Source: Eledone cirrhosa
Lineage: Eukaryota
Direction: 5' to 3'
Length of the DNA: 64,000 nt
NCBI GenBank assembly: GCA_964016885.1
Contig: OZ024760.1
Span: forward strand, 3,534,001-3,598,000
The notes under the pieces are model-generated. The model was not told where the DNA came from. It ran no database searches and saw only the letters and a program-made list of their open reading frames with translations. Made by a program: the position numbers and the translations under genes. This document shows positions 18,001 through 36,000 of the stretch, piece by piece (the stretch's first letter is position 1; each line of letters opens with the position of its first letter).

Positions 18001-21000
18001 AGCTCCACCACGGACAATACCATCAGCTCCACCACAGACACTACCATCAGCACCACCATCTCCACTACCATCAGCACCACCACAGACACTACAATCAGCA
18101 CCACCATAGACACAACCATCAGCTCCACCACAGACACTACCATCAGCACCACCACGGACACTACCACCATCTCCACCACAGACACTACCATCAGCACCAC
18201 CACGGACACTACCATCAGCTCCACCACGGACACTACCATCAGCTCCACCACGGACACTACCGCCATCTCCACCACATACACTACCATCAGCACCACCACA
18301 GACACTACCATCAGCTCCACCACAGACACTACCATCAGCTCCACCACAGACACTACCATCAGCTCCACCACAGACACTACCATCAGCTCCACCACAGACA
18401 CTACCATCATCTCCACCACAGACACTACCATCAGCTCCACCACAGACACTACCATCAGCTCCACAACAGACACTACCATCAGCTCCACCACAGACACTAC
18501 CATCAGCTCCACCACAGACACTACCATCAGCTCCACCACAGACACTACCATCAGCTCCACCACAGACACTACCATCAGCTCCACCACAGACACTACCATC
18601 AGCTCCACCACAGACACTACCATCAGCTCCACCACAGACACTACCATCAGCTCCACCACAGACACTACCATCAGCACCACCACGGACACTACCACCATCT
18701 CCACCACATACACTACAATCAGCTCCACCACAGACACTACCATCAGCTCCACCACAGACACTACCATCAGCTCCACCACAGACACTACCATCAGCTCCAC
18801 CACAGACACTACCATCAGCTCCACCACAGACACTACCATCAGCTCCACCACAGACACTACCATCATCTCCACCACAGACACTACCATCATCTCCACCACG
18901 GACACTACCATCAGCTCCACCACGGACACTACCATCAGCACCACCACGGACACTACCATCAGCACCACCACAGACACTACCATCAGCTCCACCACAGACA
19001 CTACCATCATCTCCACCACAGACACTACCATCAGCACCACCACAGACACTACCATCAGCTCCACCACAGACACTACCATCAGCTCCACCACAGACACTAC
19101 CATCAGCTCCACCACAGACACTACCATCAGCACCACCACAGACATTACCATCAGCACCACCACAGACACTACCATCAGCACCACCACAGACACTACCATC
19201 AGCACCACCACAGACACTACCATCAGCACCACCACAGACACTACCATCAGCACCACCACAGACACTACCATCAGCACCACCACAGACACTACCACCAGCT
19301 CCACCACAGATACTACCATCAGCTCCACCACAGACACTACCATCAGCTCCACCACAAACACTACCATCTGCTCCACCACGGACACTACCATCAGCATCAC
19401 CACAGACACTAGCATCAGCTCCACCACAGACACTACCACCATCTCCACCACGGACACTACCATCAGCACCACCACGGACACTACCATCAGCACCACCACG
19501 GACACTACCATCAGCACCACCATCTCCACTACCATCAGCACCACCATAGACACAACCATCACATCCACCACAGACACTACCATCAGCTCCACCACAGACA
19601 CTACCACCATCTCCACCACAGACAATACCATCAGCACCACCACAGACACTACCATCAGCTCCACCACTGACACTACCATCAGCACCACCACAGACACTAC
19701 CATCAGCACCACCACAGACACTACCATCACCACTACCATCAGCTCCACCACAGACAATACCATCAGCACCACCACAGACACTACCATCAGCACCACCACG
19801 GACACTACCATCAGCTCCACCACAGACACTACCATCAGCACCACCACAGACACTACCATCAGCACCACCACGGACACTACCATCAGCTCCACCACAGACA
19901 CTACCATCAGCTCCACCACAGACACTACCATCAGCTCCACCACAGACACTACCATCAGCTCCACCACACACACTACCATCAGCACCACCACGGACACTAC
20001 CATCAGCTCCACCACAGACACTACCATCAGCACCACCACAGACACTACCTTCAGCTCCACCACAGACACTACCATTAGCTCCACCACAGACACTACCATC
20101 AGCACCACCACAGACACTACCATCAGCTCAACCACAGACACTACCATCAGCACCACCACAGACACTACCTTCAGCACCACCACAGACACTACCATCAGCA
20201 CCACCACAGACACTACCATCAGCTCCACCACAGACACTACCATCAGCACCACCACGGACACTACCATCAGCTCCACCACAGACACTACCATTAGCTCCAC
20301 CACAGACACTACCATCAGCACCACCACAGACACTACCATCAGCTCCACCACAGACACTACCATCAGCTCCACCACAGACACTACCATCAGCTCCACCACA
20401 GACACTACCATCAGCACCACCACAGACACTACCATCAGCTCCACCACAGACACTACCATCACCACCACCACGCACACTACCGTCTGCTCCACCACAGACA
20501 CTACCATCAGCTCCACCACAGACACTACCATCAGCACCACCACAGACACTACCATCAGCACCACCACAGACACTACCATCAGCACCACCACAGACACTAC
20601 CATCAGCTCCACCACAGACACTACCATCAGCACCACCACAAACACTACCATCAACTCCACCACAGACACTACAATCAGCACCACCACAGAGACTACCATC
20701 AGCACCACCACAGACACTACCATCAGCTCCACCACAGACACTACCATCATCTCCACCACAGACACTACAATCAGCACCACCACAGAGACTACCATCAGCA
20801 CCACCACAGACACTACCATCAGCTCCACCACAGACACTACCATCAGCACCACCACAGACACTACCATCAGCTCCACCACAGACACTACCATCAGCTCCAC
20901 CACAGACACTACCATCAGCACCACCACAGACACTACCATCAGCTCCACCACAGACACTACCATCAGCACCACCACAGACACTACCATCAGCTCCACCACA

Positions 21001-24000
21001 GACACTACCATCAGCTCCACCACAGACACTACCATCAGCTCCACCACAGACACTACCATCAGCACCACCACAGACACTACCATCAGCACCACCACAGACA
21101 CTACCATCAGCTCCACCACAGACACTACCATCAGCACCACCACAGACACTACCATCAGCTCAACCACAGACACTACCATCAGCACCACCACAGACACTAC
21201 CATCAGCTCCACCACAGACACTACCATCACCACCACCACGCACACTACCATCAGCACCACCACAGACACTACCATCAGCACCACCACAGACACCACCATC
21301 AGCTCCACCACAGACACTACCATCAGCTCCACCACAGACACTACCATCAGCACCACCACAGACACTACCATCAGCACCACCACAGACACTACCATCAGCA
21401 CCACCACAGACACTACCATCAGCTCCACCACAGACACTAGCATCAGCTCCACCACAGACACTACCACCATCTCCACCACGGACACTACCATCAGCTCCAC
21501 CACAGACACTACCATCAGCACCACCACTGACACTACCATCAGCACCACCACAGACACTACCATTAGCTCCACCAGAGACACTACCATCAGCACCACCACA
21601 GACACTACCATCACCACCACCACACACACTACCGTCAGCTCCACCACAGACACTACCGTCAGCTCCACCACAGACACTACCATCAGCACCACCACGGACA
21701 CTACCATCAGCTCCACCACAGACAATACCATCAGCACCACCACAGACACCACCATCAGCACCACCACGGACACTACAATCAGCTCCACCACAGACAATAC
21801 CATCAGCACCACCACAGACACCACCATCAGCACCACCACGGACACTACCATCAGCTCCACCACAGACACTACCATCAGCACCACCACAGACACTACCATC
21901 AGCACCACCACGGACACTACCATCAGCTCCACCACAGACACTACCATCAGCTCCACCACAGACACTACCATCAGCTCCACCACAGACACTACCATCAGCT
22001 CCACCACACACACTACCATCAGCACCACCACGGACACTACCATCAGCTCCACCACAGACACTACCATCAGCACCACCACAGACACTACCTTCAGCTCCAC
22101 CACAGACACTACCATTAGCTCCACCACAGACACTACCATCAGCACCACCACAGACACTACCATCAGCTCAACCACAGACACTACCATCAGCACCACCACA
22201 GACACTACCTTCAGCACCACCACAGACACTACCATCAGCACCACCACAGACACTACCATCAGCTCCACCACAGACACTACCATCAGCACCACCACGGACA
22301 CTACCATCAGCTCCACCACAGACATTACCATCAGCTCCACCACAGACACTACCATCAGCTCCACCACAGACACTACCATCAGCTCCACCACAGACACTAC
22401 CATCAGCACCACCACAGACACTACCATCAGCACCACCACAGACACTACCATCAGCACCACCACAGACACTACCATCAGCTCCACCACAGACACTACCATC
22501 AGCTCCACCACAGACACTACCATCAGCACCACCACAGACACTACCATCAGCACCACCACAGACACTACCATCAGCTCCACCACAGACACTACCATCAGCA
22601 CCACCACAGACACTACCATCAGCACCACCACAGACACTACCATCAGCACCACCACAAACACTACCATCAACTCCACCACAGACACTACAATCAGCACCAC
22701 CACAGAGACTACCATCAGCACCACCACAGACACTACCATCAGCACCACCACAGGCACTACCATCAGCTCCACCACAGGCACTACCATCAGCTCCACCACA
22801 GACACTACCATCACCACCACCACACACACTACCATCTGCACAACCACAGACACTACCATCAGCACCACCACAAACACTACCATCAACTCCACCACAGACA
22901 CTACCGTCAGCACCACCACAGACACTACCATCAGCTCCACCACAGAGACTACCATCAGCACCACCACAGGCACTACCATCAGCTCCACCACAGGCACTAC
23001 CATCAGCTCCACCACAGACACTACCATCACCACCACCACACACACTACCATCTGCACAACCACAGACACTACCATCAGCTCCACCACAGACACTACCATC
23101 AGCACCACCACAGACACTACCATCAGCTCCACCACAGACACTACCATCAGCTCCACCACAGACACTACCATCAGCTCCACCGCAGACACTACCATCAGCA
23201 CCACCACAGACACTACCATCAGCTCCACCACAGAGACTACCATCAGCACCACCACAGGCACTACCATCAGCTCCACCACAGGCACTACCATCAGCTCCAC
23301 CACAGACACTACCATCACCACCACCACACACACTACCATCTGCACAACCACGGACACTACAATCAGCTCCACCACAGACAATACCATCAGCACCACCACA
23401 GACACCACCATCAGCACCACCACGGACACTACCATCAGCTCCACCACAGACACTACCATCAGCACCACCACAGACACTACCATCAGCACCACCACGGACA
23501 CTACCATCAGCTCCACCACAGACACTACCATCAGCTCCACCACAGACACTACCATCAGCTCCACCACAGACACTACCATCAGCTCCACCACACACACTAC
23601 CATCAGCACCACCACGGACACTACCATCAGCTCCACCACAGACACTACCATCAGCACCACCACAGACACTACCTTCAGCTCCACCACAGACACTACCATT
23701 AGCTCCACCACAGACACTACCATCAGCACCACCACAGACACTACCATCAGCTCAACCACAGACACTACCATCAGCACCACCACAGACACTACCTTCAGCA
23801 CCACCACAGACACTACCATCAGCACCACCACAGACACTACCATCAGCTCCACCACAGACACTACCATCAGCACCACCACGGACACTACCATCAGCTCCAC
23901 CACAGACATTACCATCAGCTCCACCACAGACACTACCATCAGCTCCACCACAGACACTACCATCAGCTCCACCACAGACACTACCATCAGCACCACCACA

Positions 24001-27000
24001 GACACTACCATCAGCACCACCACAGACACTACCATCAGCACCACCACAGACACTACCATCAGCTCCACCACAGACACTACCATCAGCTCCACCACAGACA
24101 CTACCATCAGCACCACCACAGACACTACCATCAGCACCACCACAGACACTACCATCAGCTCCACCACAGACACTACCATCAGCACCACCACAGACACTAC
24201 CATCAGCACCACCACAGACACTACCATCAGCACCACCACAAACACTACCATCAACTCCACCACAGACACTACAATCAGCACCACCACAGAGACTACCATC
24301 AGCACCACCACAGACACTACCATCAGCACCACCACAGACACTACCATCAGCTCCACCACAGACACTACCATCAGCTCCACCACAGACACTACCATCATCT
24401 CCACCACAGACACTACCATCATCTCCACCACAGACACTACCATCAGCTCCACCACAGACACTACCATCAGCACCACCACAGACACTACCATCAGCACCAC
24501 CACAGACACTACCATCATCTCCACCACAGACACTACCATCATCTCCACCACAGACACTACCATCAGCTCCACCACAGACACTACCATCAGCTCCACCACA
24601 GACACTACCATCAGCACCACCACAGACACTACCATCATCTCCACCACAGACACTACCATCAGCTCCACCACAGACACTATCATCAGCTCCACCACAGACA
24701 CTACCATCAGCACCACCACAGACACTACCATCAGCTCCACCACAGACACTACCATCAGCTCCACCACAGACACTACCATCACCACCACCACACACACTAC
24801 CGTCAGCTCCACCACAGACACTACCGTCAGCACCACCACAGACACTACCATCAGCTCCACCACAGAGACTACCATCAGCACCACCACAGGCACTACCATC
24901 AGCTCCACCACAGGCACTACCATCAGCTCCACCACAGACACTACCATCACCACCACCACACACACTACCATCTGCACAACCACAGACACTACCATCAGCT
25001 CCACCACAGACACTACCATCAGCACCACCACAGACACTACCATCAGCTCCACCACAGACACTACCATCAGCTCCACCACAGACACTACCATCAGCTCCAC
25101 CGCAGACACTACCATCAGCACCACCACAGACACTACCATCAGCTCCACCACAGAGACTACCATCAGCACCACCACAGGCACTACCATCAGCTCCACCACA
25201 GGCACTACCATCAGCTCCACCACAGACACTACCATCACCACCACCACACACACTACCATCTGCACAACCACAGACACTACCATCAGCTCCACCACAGACA
25301 CTACCATCAGCTCCACCACAGACACTACCATCAGCACCACCACAGACACTACCATCAGCACCACCACAGACACTACCATCAGCTACACCACAGACACTAC
25401 CATCAGCACCACCACAGACACTACCATCAGCTCCACCACAGACACTACCATCAGCTCCACCACGGACAATACTATCAGCTCCACCACGGACAATACCATC
25501 AGCTCCACCACAGACACTACCATCAGCTCCACCACAGATACTACCACCAGCACCACCATAGACAATACCATCAGCACCACCACAGACACTACCATCAGCA
25601 CCACCACAGACACTACCATCAGCACCACCACAGACACTACCATCAGCACCACCACAGACACTACCATCAGCACCACCACAGACACTACCATCAGCTCCAC
25701 CACAGACACTACCATCAGCTCCACCACGGACACTACCATCAGCTCAACCACAGACACTACCATCAGCACCACCACAGACACTACCATCAGCACCACCACA
25801 GACACTACCATCAGCACCACCACAGACACTACCATCAGCACCACCACAGACACTACCATCAGCTCCACCACAGACACTACCATCAGCTCCACCACGGACA
25901 CTACCATCAGCTCAACCACAGACACTACCATCAGCACCACCACAGACACTACCATCAGCACCACCATAGACAATACCATCAGCACCACCACAGACACTAC
26001 CATCAGCAACACCACAGACACTACCATCAGCTCCACCACAGACACTATCATCAGCACCACCACGGACACTACCATCAGCTCCACCATCTCCACTACCATC
26101 AGCACCACCACAGACACTACCATCAGCACCACCACAGACACTACCATCAGCTCCACCACAGACACTACCATCAGCTCCACCACAGACACTACCATCAGCA
26201 CCACCACAGACACTACCATCATCTCCACCACAGACACTACCATCAGCTCCACCACAGACACTACCATCAGCTCCACCACAGACACTACCATCAGCACCAC
26301 CACAGAGACTACCATCAGCACCACCACAGACACTACCATCAGCACCACCACGGACACTACCATCAGCTCCACCACAGACAATACCATCAGCACCACCACA
26401 GACACCACCATCAGCACCACCACGGACACTACAATCAGCTCCACCACAGACAATACCATCAGCACCACCACAGACACCACCATCAGCACCACCACGGACA
26501 CTACCATCAGCTCCACCACAGACACTACCATCAGCACCACCACAGACACTACCATCAGCACCACCACGGACACTACCATCAGCTCCACCACAGACACTAC
26601 CATCAGCTCCACCACAGACACTACCATCAGCTCCACCACAGACACTACCATCAGCTCCACCACACACACTACCATCAGCACCACCACGGACACTACCATC
26701 AGCTCCACCACAGACACTACCATTAGCTCCACCACAGACACTACCATCAGCACCACCACAGACACTACCATCAGCTCAACCACAGACACTACCATCAGCT
26801 CAACCACAGACACTACCATCAGCACCACCACAGACACTACCTTCAGCACCACCACAGACACTACCATCAGCACCACCACAGACACTACCATCAGCTCCAC
26901 CACAGACACTACCATCAGCACCACCACGGACACTACCATCAGCTCCACCACAGACACTACCATCAGCACCACCACAGACACTACCATCAGCTCCACCACA

Positions 27001-30000
27001 GACACTACCATCACCACCACCACACACACTACCGTCAGCTCCACCACAGACACTACCATCAGCACCACCACAGACACTACCATCAGCTCCACCACAGACA
27101 CTACCATCAGCACCACCACACACACTACCATCAGCTCCACCACAGACACTACCATCAGCACCACCACAGACACTACCATCAGCTCCACCACAGACACTAC
27201 CATCAGCACCACCACAGACACTACCATCAGCACCACCACAGACACTACCATCAGCACCACCACAGACACTACCGTCAGCTCCACCACAGACACCACCGTC
27301 AGCTCCACCACAGACACTACCATCAGCACCACCACAGACACTACCATCAGCACCACCACAGACACTACCATCAGCACCACCACAGACACTACCATCAGCT
27401 CCACCACAGACACTACCATCAGCTCCACCACAGACACTACCATCAGCACCACCACAGACACTACCATCATCTCCACCACAGACACTACCATCAGCTCCAC
27501 CACAGACACTACCATCAGCTCCACCACAGGCACTACCATCAGCTCCACCACAGACACTACCATCAGCTCCACCACAGACACTACCATCAGCTCCACCACA
27601 GACACTACCATCATCTCCACCACAGACACTACCATCAGCTCCACCACAGACACTACCATCAGCTCCACCACAAACACTACCATCAGCACCACCACAGACA
27701 CTACCATCAGCTCCACCACAGACACTACCATCAGCTCCACCACAGACACTACCATCACCACCACCACACACACTACCGTCAGCTCCACCACAGACACTAC
27801 CGTCAGCTCCACCACAGACACTACCATCAGCACCACCACAGACACTACCATCAGCACCACCACAGACACTACCATCAGCACCACCACAGAGACTACCATC
27901 AGCACCACCACAGGCACTACCATCAGCACCACCACAGACACTACCATCAGCTCCACCACAGACACTACCATCAGCACCACCACAGAGACTACCATCAGCA
28001 CCACCACAGACACTACCATCAGCACCACCACAGACACTACCATCAGCACCACCACAGACACTACCATCAGCTCCACCACACACACTACCATCAGCTCCAC
28101 CACAGATACTACCATCAAACCCACCGCAGACACTACCATCAGCACCACCACAGACACTACCATCAGCACCACCACAGACACTACCATCAGCACCACCACA
28201 GACACTACCATCAGCTCCACCACACACACTACCATTAGCTCCACCACAGATACTACCATCAGCACCACCACAGACACTACCATCAAATCCACCGCAGACA
28301 CTACCATCAGCTCCACCACAGACACTACCATCAGCACCACCACAGAGACTACCATCAGCACCACCACAGGCACTACCATCAGCACCACCACAGACACTAC
28401 CATCAGCACCACCACAGACACTACCATCAGCACCACCACAGACACTACCATCAGCTCCACCACAGACACTACCATCAGCACCACCACAGACACTACCATC
28501 AGCTCCACCACAGACACTACCATCAGCACCACCACAGACACTACCACCAGCTCCACCACAGACACTACCATCAGCTCCACCACAGACACTACCATCAGCT
28601 CCACCACAGACATTACCATCAGCTCCACCACAGACACTACCATCAGCACCACCACAGAGACTACCATCAGCACCACCACAGACACTACCATCAGCACCAC
28701 CACAGACACTACCATCAGCACCACCACAGACACTACCATCAGCTCCACCACACACACTACCATCAGCACCACCACAGACACTACCATCAGCTCCACCACA
28801 GACACTACCATCAGCACCACCACAGAGACTACCATCAGCACCACCACAGACACTACCATCAGCACCACCACAGACACTACCATCAGCACCACCACAGACA
28901 CTACCATCAGCTCCACCACACACACTACCATCAGCTCCACCACAGATACTACCATCAAATCCACCGCAGACACTACCATCAGCACCACCACAGACACTAC
29001 CATCAGCACCACCACAGACACTACCATCAGCACCACCACAGACACTACCATCAGCTCCACCACACACACTACCATCAGCTCCACCACAGACACTACCATC
29101 AGCACCACCACAGACACTACCATCAAATCCACCGCAGACACTACCATCAGCTCCACCACAGACACTACCATCAGCACCACCACAGAGACTACCATCAGCA
29201 CCACCACAGGCACTACCATCAGCACCACCACAGACACTACCATCAGCTCCACCACAGACACTACCATCAGCACCACCACAGACACTACCACCAGCTCCAC
29301 CACAGACACTACCATCAGCTCCACCACAGACACTACCATCAGCTCCACCACAGACACTACCATCAGCTCCACCACAGACACTACCATCACCACCACCACA
29401 CACACTACCATCTGCACAACCACAGACACTACCATCAGCTCCACCACAGACACTACCATCAGCTCCACCACAGACACTACCATCACCACCACCACACACA
29501 CTACCATCTGCACAACCACAGACACTACCATCAGCTCCACCACAGACACTACCATCAGCACCACCACAGACACTACCATCATCTCCACCACAGACACTAC
29601 CATCAGCTCCACCACAGACACTACCATCAGCTCCACCACAGACACTACCATCAGCTCCACCACAGACACTACCATCAGCACCACCACAGACACTACCATC
29701 AGCACCACCACAGACACAACCATCAGCTCCACCACAGACACTACCATCAGCTCCACCACAGACACTACCATCAGCTCCACCACAGACACTACCATCAGCT
29801 CCACCACAGACACTACCATCAGCTCAACCACAGACACTACCATCAGCTCCACCACAGACACTACCATCAGCTCCACCACAGACACTACCATCATCTCCAC
29901 CGCAGACACTACCATCAGCTCCACCACAGACACTACCATCAGCTCCACCACAGACACTACCATCAGCTCCACCACAGACACTACCATCAGCTCCACCACG

Positions 30001-33000
30001 GAAAATACCATCAGCACCACCACAGACACTACCATCAGCTCAACCACAGACACTACCATCAGCTCCACCACAGACACTACCATCAGCTCCACCACAGACA
30101 CTACCATCATCTCCACCACAGACACTACCATCAGCACCACCACAGACACTACCATCAGCTCCACCACAGACACTACCATCAGCACCACCACAGACACAAC
30201 CATCAGCTCCACCACAGACACTACCATCATCTCCACCACAGACACTACCATCAGCTCCACCACAGACACTACCATCAGCTCCAGCACAGACACTACCATC
30301 AGCTCCACCACAGACACTACCATCATCTCCACCACGGAAAATACCATCAGCACCACCACAGACACTACCATCAGCTCAACCACAGACACTACCATCAGCT
30401 CCACCACGGACAATACCATCAGCTCCACCACGGAAAATACCATCAGCTCCACCACAGACACTACCATCAGCACCACCACAGACACTACCATCAGCTCCAC
30501 CACAGACACTACCATCATCTCCACCACAGACACTACCATCAGCTCCACCACAGACACTACCATCATCTCCACCACAGACACTACCATCATCTCCACCACA
30601 GACACTACCATCAGCTCCACCACAGACACTACCATCAGCACCACCACAGACACTACCATCAGCTCCACCACAGACACTACCATCATCTCCACCACAGACA
30701 CTACCATCAGCTCCACCACAGACACTACCATCATCTCCACCACAGACACTACCATCATCTCCACCACAGACACTACCATCAGCTCCACCACAGACACTAC
30801 CATCAGCACCACCACAGACACTACCATCAGCTCCACCACAGACACTACCATCAGCACCACCGCAAACACTACCATCATCACAACCACAGACACTACCATC
30901 AGCACCACCACAGACACTACCATCAGCTCCACCATCTCCACTACCATCAGCTCCACCATCTCCACTACCATCAGCACCACCACAGACACTACCATCAGCA
31001 CCACCACAGACACTACCATCAGCTCCACCACAGACACTACCATCAGCTCCACCACAGACACTACCATCAGCACCACCACAGACGCTACCATCAGCTCCAC
31101 CACGGACACTACCATCAGCTCCACCACAGACACTACCATCATCTCCACCACAGACACTACCATCATCTCCACCACAGACACTACCATCAGCTTCACCACA
31201 GAGACTACCATCATCTCCACCACAGACACTACCATCAGCACCACCACAGACACTACCATCAGCACCACCACGGACACTACCATCAGCTCCACCACAGACA
31301 CTACCATCAGCTCCACCACAGACACTACCATCAGCTCCACCACAGATACTACCATCAAATCCACCGCAGACACTACCATCAGCACCACCACAGATACTAC
31401 CATCAGCTCCACCACAGACACTACCATCACCACCCCCACACACACTACCATCAGCTCCACCACAGATACTATCATCAGCACCACCACGGACACTACCATC
31501 AGCTCCACCATCTCCACTACCATCAGCACCACCACAGACACTACCATCAGCACCACCACAGACACTACCATCAGCACCACCACAGACACTACCATCAGCT
31601 CCACCACAGACACTACCATCAGCTCCACCACAGACACTACCATCAGCTCCACCACAGACACTACCATCAGCTCCACCACAGACACTACCATCAGCACCAC
31701 CACAGACACTACCATCAGCACCACCACAGACACTACCATCAGCTCCACCACAGACACTACCATCAGCACCACCACAGACACTACCATCAGCACCACCACA
31801 GACACTACCATCAGCTCCACCACAGACACTACCATCAGCACCACCACAGACACTACCATCAGCTCCACCACAGACACTACCATCAGCTCCACCACAGACA
31901 CTACCATCAGCTCCACCACAGACACTACCATCAGCACCACCACAGACACTACCATCAGCACCACCACAGACACTACCATCAGCACCACCACAGACACTAT
32001 CATCAGCACCACCACAGACACTACCATCAGCTCCACCACAGACACTACCATCAGCTCCACCACAGACACTACCATCAGCTCCACCACAGACACTACCATC
32101 ATCTCCACCACAGACACTACCATCAGCTCCACCACAGACACTACCATCAGCTCCACCACAGACACTACCATCAGCTCCACCACAGACACTACCACCAGCA
32201 CCACCATAGACAATACCATCAGCACCACCACAGACACTACCATCAGCAACAACACAGACACTACCATCAGCTCCACCACAGACACTATCATCAGCACCAC
32301 CACGGACACTACCATCAGCTCCACCATCTCCACTACCATCAGCACCACCACAGACACTACCTTCAGCACCACCACAGACACTACCATCAGCTCCACCACA
32401 GACACTACCATCAGCTCCACCACAGACACTACCATCAGCACCACCACAGACACTACCATCAGCTCCACCACAGACACTACCATCAGCACCAACACAGACA
32501 CTACCATTAGCTCCACCACAGACACAACCATCAGCACCACCACAGACACTACCATCAGCACCACCACGGACACTACCATCAGCTCCACCACAGACACTAC
32601 CATCAGCACCACCACAGACACTACCATCAGCTCCACCACAGACACTACCATCAACACCACCACAGAGACTACCATCAGCACCACCACAGGCACTACCATC
32701 AGCACCACCACAGACACTACCATCAGCTCCACCACAGACACTACCATCAGCACCACCACAGAGACAACCATCAGCACCACCACAGACACTACCATCAGCA
32801 CCACCACAGACACTACCATCAGCACCACCACAGACACTACCATCAGCTCCACCACACACACTACCATCAGCTCCACCACAGATACTACCATCAAATCCAC
32901 CGCAGACACTACCATCAGCACCACCACAGACACTACCATCAGCACCACCACAGACACTACCATCAGCACCACCACAGACACTACCATCAGCTCCACCACA

Positions 33001-36000
33001 CACACTACCATCAGCTCCACCACAGATACTACCATCAAATCCACCGCAGACACTACCATCAGCTCCACCACAGACACTACCATCAGCACCACCACAGAGA
33101 CTACCATCAGCACCACCACAGGCACTACCATCAGCACCACCACAGACACTACCATCAGCACCACCACAGACACTACCATCAGCACCACCACAGACACTAC
33201 CATCAGCTCCACCACAGACACTACCATCAGCACCACCACAGACACTACCATCAGCTCCACCACAGACACTACCATCAGCACCACCACAGACACTACCACC
33301 AGCTCCACCACAGACACTACCATCAGCTCCACCACAGACACTACCATCAGCTCCACCACAGACACTACCATCAGCTCCACCACAGACACTACCATCAGCA
33401 CCACCACAGAGACTACCATCAGCACCACCACAGACACTACCATCAGCACCACCACAGACACTACCATCAGCACCACCACAGACACTACCATCAGCTCCAC
33501 CACACACACTACCATCAGCACCACCACAGACACTACCATCAGCTCCACCACAGACACTACCATCAGCACCACCACAGAGACTACCATCAGCACCACCACA
33601 GACACTACCATCAGCACCACCACAGACACTACCATCAGCACCACCACAGACACTACCATCAGCTCCACCACACACACTACCATCAGCTCCACCACAGATA
33701 CTACCATCAAATCCACCGCAGACACTACCATCAGCACCACCACAGACACTACCATCAGCACCACCACAGACACTACCATCAGCACCACCACAGACACTAC
33801 CATCAGCTCCACCACACACACTACCATCAGCTCCACCACAGACACTACCATCAGCACCACCACAGACACTACCATCAAATCCACCGCAGACACTACCATC
33901 AGCTCCACCACAGACACTACTATCAGCACCACCACAGAGACTACCATCAGCACCACCACAGGCACTACCATCAGCACCACCACAGACACTACCATCAGCT
34001 CCACCACAGACACTACCATCAGCACCACCACAGACACTACCACCAGCTCCACCACAGACACTACCATCAGCTCCACCACAGACACTACCATCAGCTCCAC
34101 CACAGACACTACCATCAGCTCCACCACAGACACTACCATCACCACCACCACACACACTACCATCTGCACAACCACAGACACTACCATCAGCTCCACCACA
34201 GACACTACCATCAGCTCCACCACAGACACTACCATCACCACCACCACACACACTACCATCTGCACAACCACAGACACTACCATCAGCTCCACCACAGACA
34301 CTACCATCAGCACCACCACAGACACTACCATCAGCTCAACCACAGACACTACCATCAGCTCCACCACGGACAATACCATCAGCTCCACCACGGAAAATAC
34401 CATCAGCTCCACCACAGACACTACCATCAGCACCACCACAGACACTACCATCAGCTCCACCACAGACACTACCATCAGCACCACCACAGACACTACCATC
34501 ATCTCCACCACAGACACTACCATCAGCTCCACCACAGACACTACCATCAGCTCCACCACAGACACTACCATCATCTCCACCACAGACACTACCATCAGCA
34601 CCACCACAGACACTACCATCAGCACCACCACAGACACAACCATCAGCTCCACCACAGACACTACCATCAGCTCCACCACAGACACTACCATCAGCTCCAC
34701 CACAGACACTACCATCAGCTCCACCACAGACACTACCATCAGCTCAACCACAGACACTACCATCAGCTCCACCACAGACACTACCATCAGCTCCACCACA
34801 GACACTACCATCATCTCCACCGCAGACACTACCATCAGCTCCACCACAGACACTACCATCAGCTCCACCACAGACACTACCATCAGCTCCACCACGGAAA
34901 ATACCATCAGCACCACCACAGACACTACCATCAGCTCAACCACAGACACTACCATCAGCTCCACCACAGACACTACCATCAGCTCCACCACAGACACTAC
35001 CATCATCTCCACCACAGACACTACCATCAGCACCACCACAGACACTACCATCAGCTCCACCACAGACACTACCATCAGCACCACCACAGACACAACCATC
35101 AGCTCCACCACAGACACTACCATCATCTCCACCACAGACACTACCATCAGCTCCACCACAGACACTACCATCAGCTCCAGCACAGACACTACCATCAGCT
35201 CCACCACAGACACTACCATCAGCTCCACCACGGAAAATACCATCAGCACCACCACAGACACTACCATCAGCTCAACCACAGACACTACCATCAGCTCCAC
35301 CACGGACAATACCATCAGCTCCATCACGGAAAATACCATCAGCTCCACCACAGACACTACCATCAGCACCACCACAGACACTACCATCAGCTCCACCACA
35401 GACACTACCATCATCTCCACCACAGACACTACCATCAGCTCCACCACAGACACTACCATCATCTCCACCACAGACACTACCATCATCTCCACCACAGACA
35501 CTACCATCAGCTCCACCACAGACACTACCATCAGCACCACCACAGACACTACCATCAGCTCCACCACAGACACTACCATCATCTCCACCACAGACACTAC
35601 CATCAGCTCCACCACAGACACTACCATCATCTCCACCACAGACACTACCATCATCTCCACCACAGACACTACCATCAGCTCCACCACAGACACTACCATC
35701 AGCACCACCACAGACACTACCATCAGCTCCACCACAGACACTACCATCAGCACCACCGCAAACACTACCATCATCACAACCACAGACACTACCATCAGCA
35801 CCACCACAGACACTACCATCAGCTCCACCATCTCCACTACCATCAGCTCCACCATCTCCACTACCATCAGCACCACCACAGACACTACCATCAGCACCAC
35901 CACAGACACTACCATCAGCTCCACCACAGACACTACCATCAGCTCCACCACAGACACTACCATCAGCACCACCACAGACGCTACCATCAGCTCCACCACG

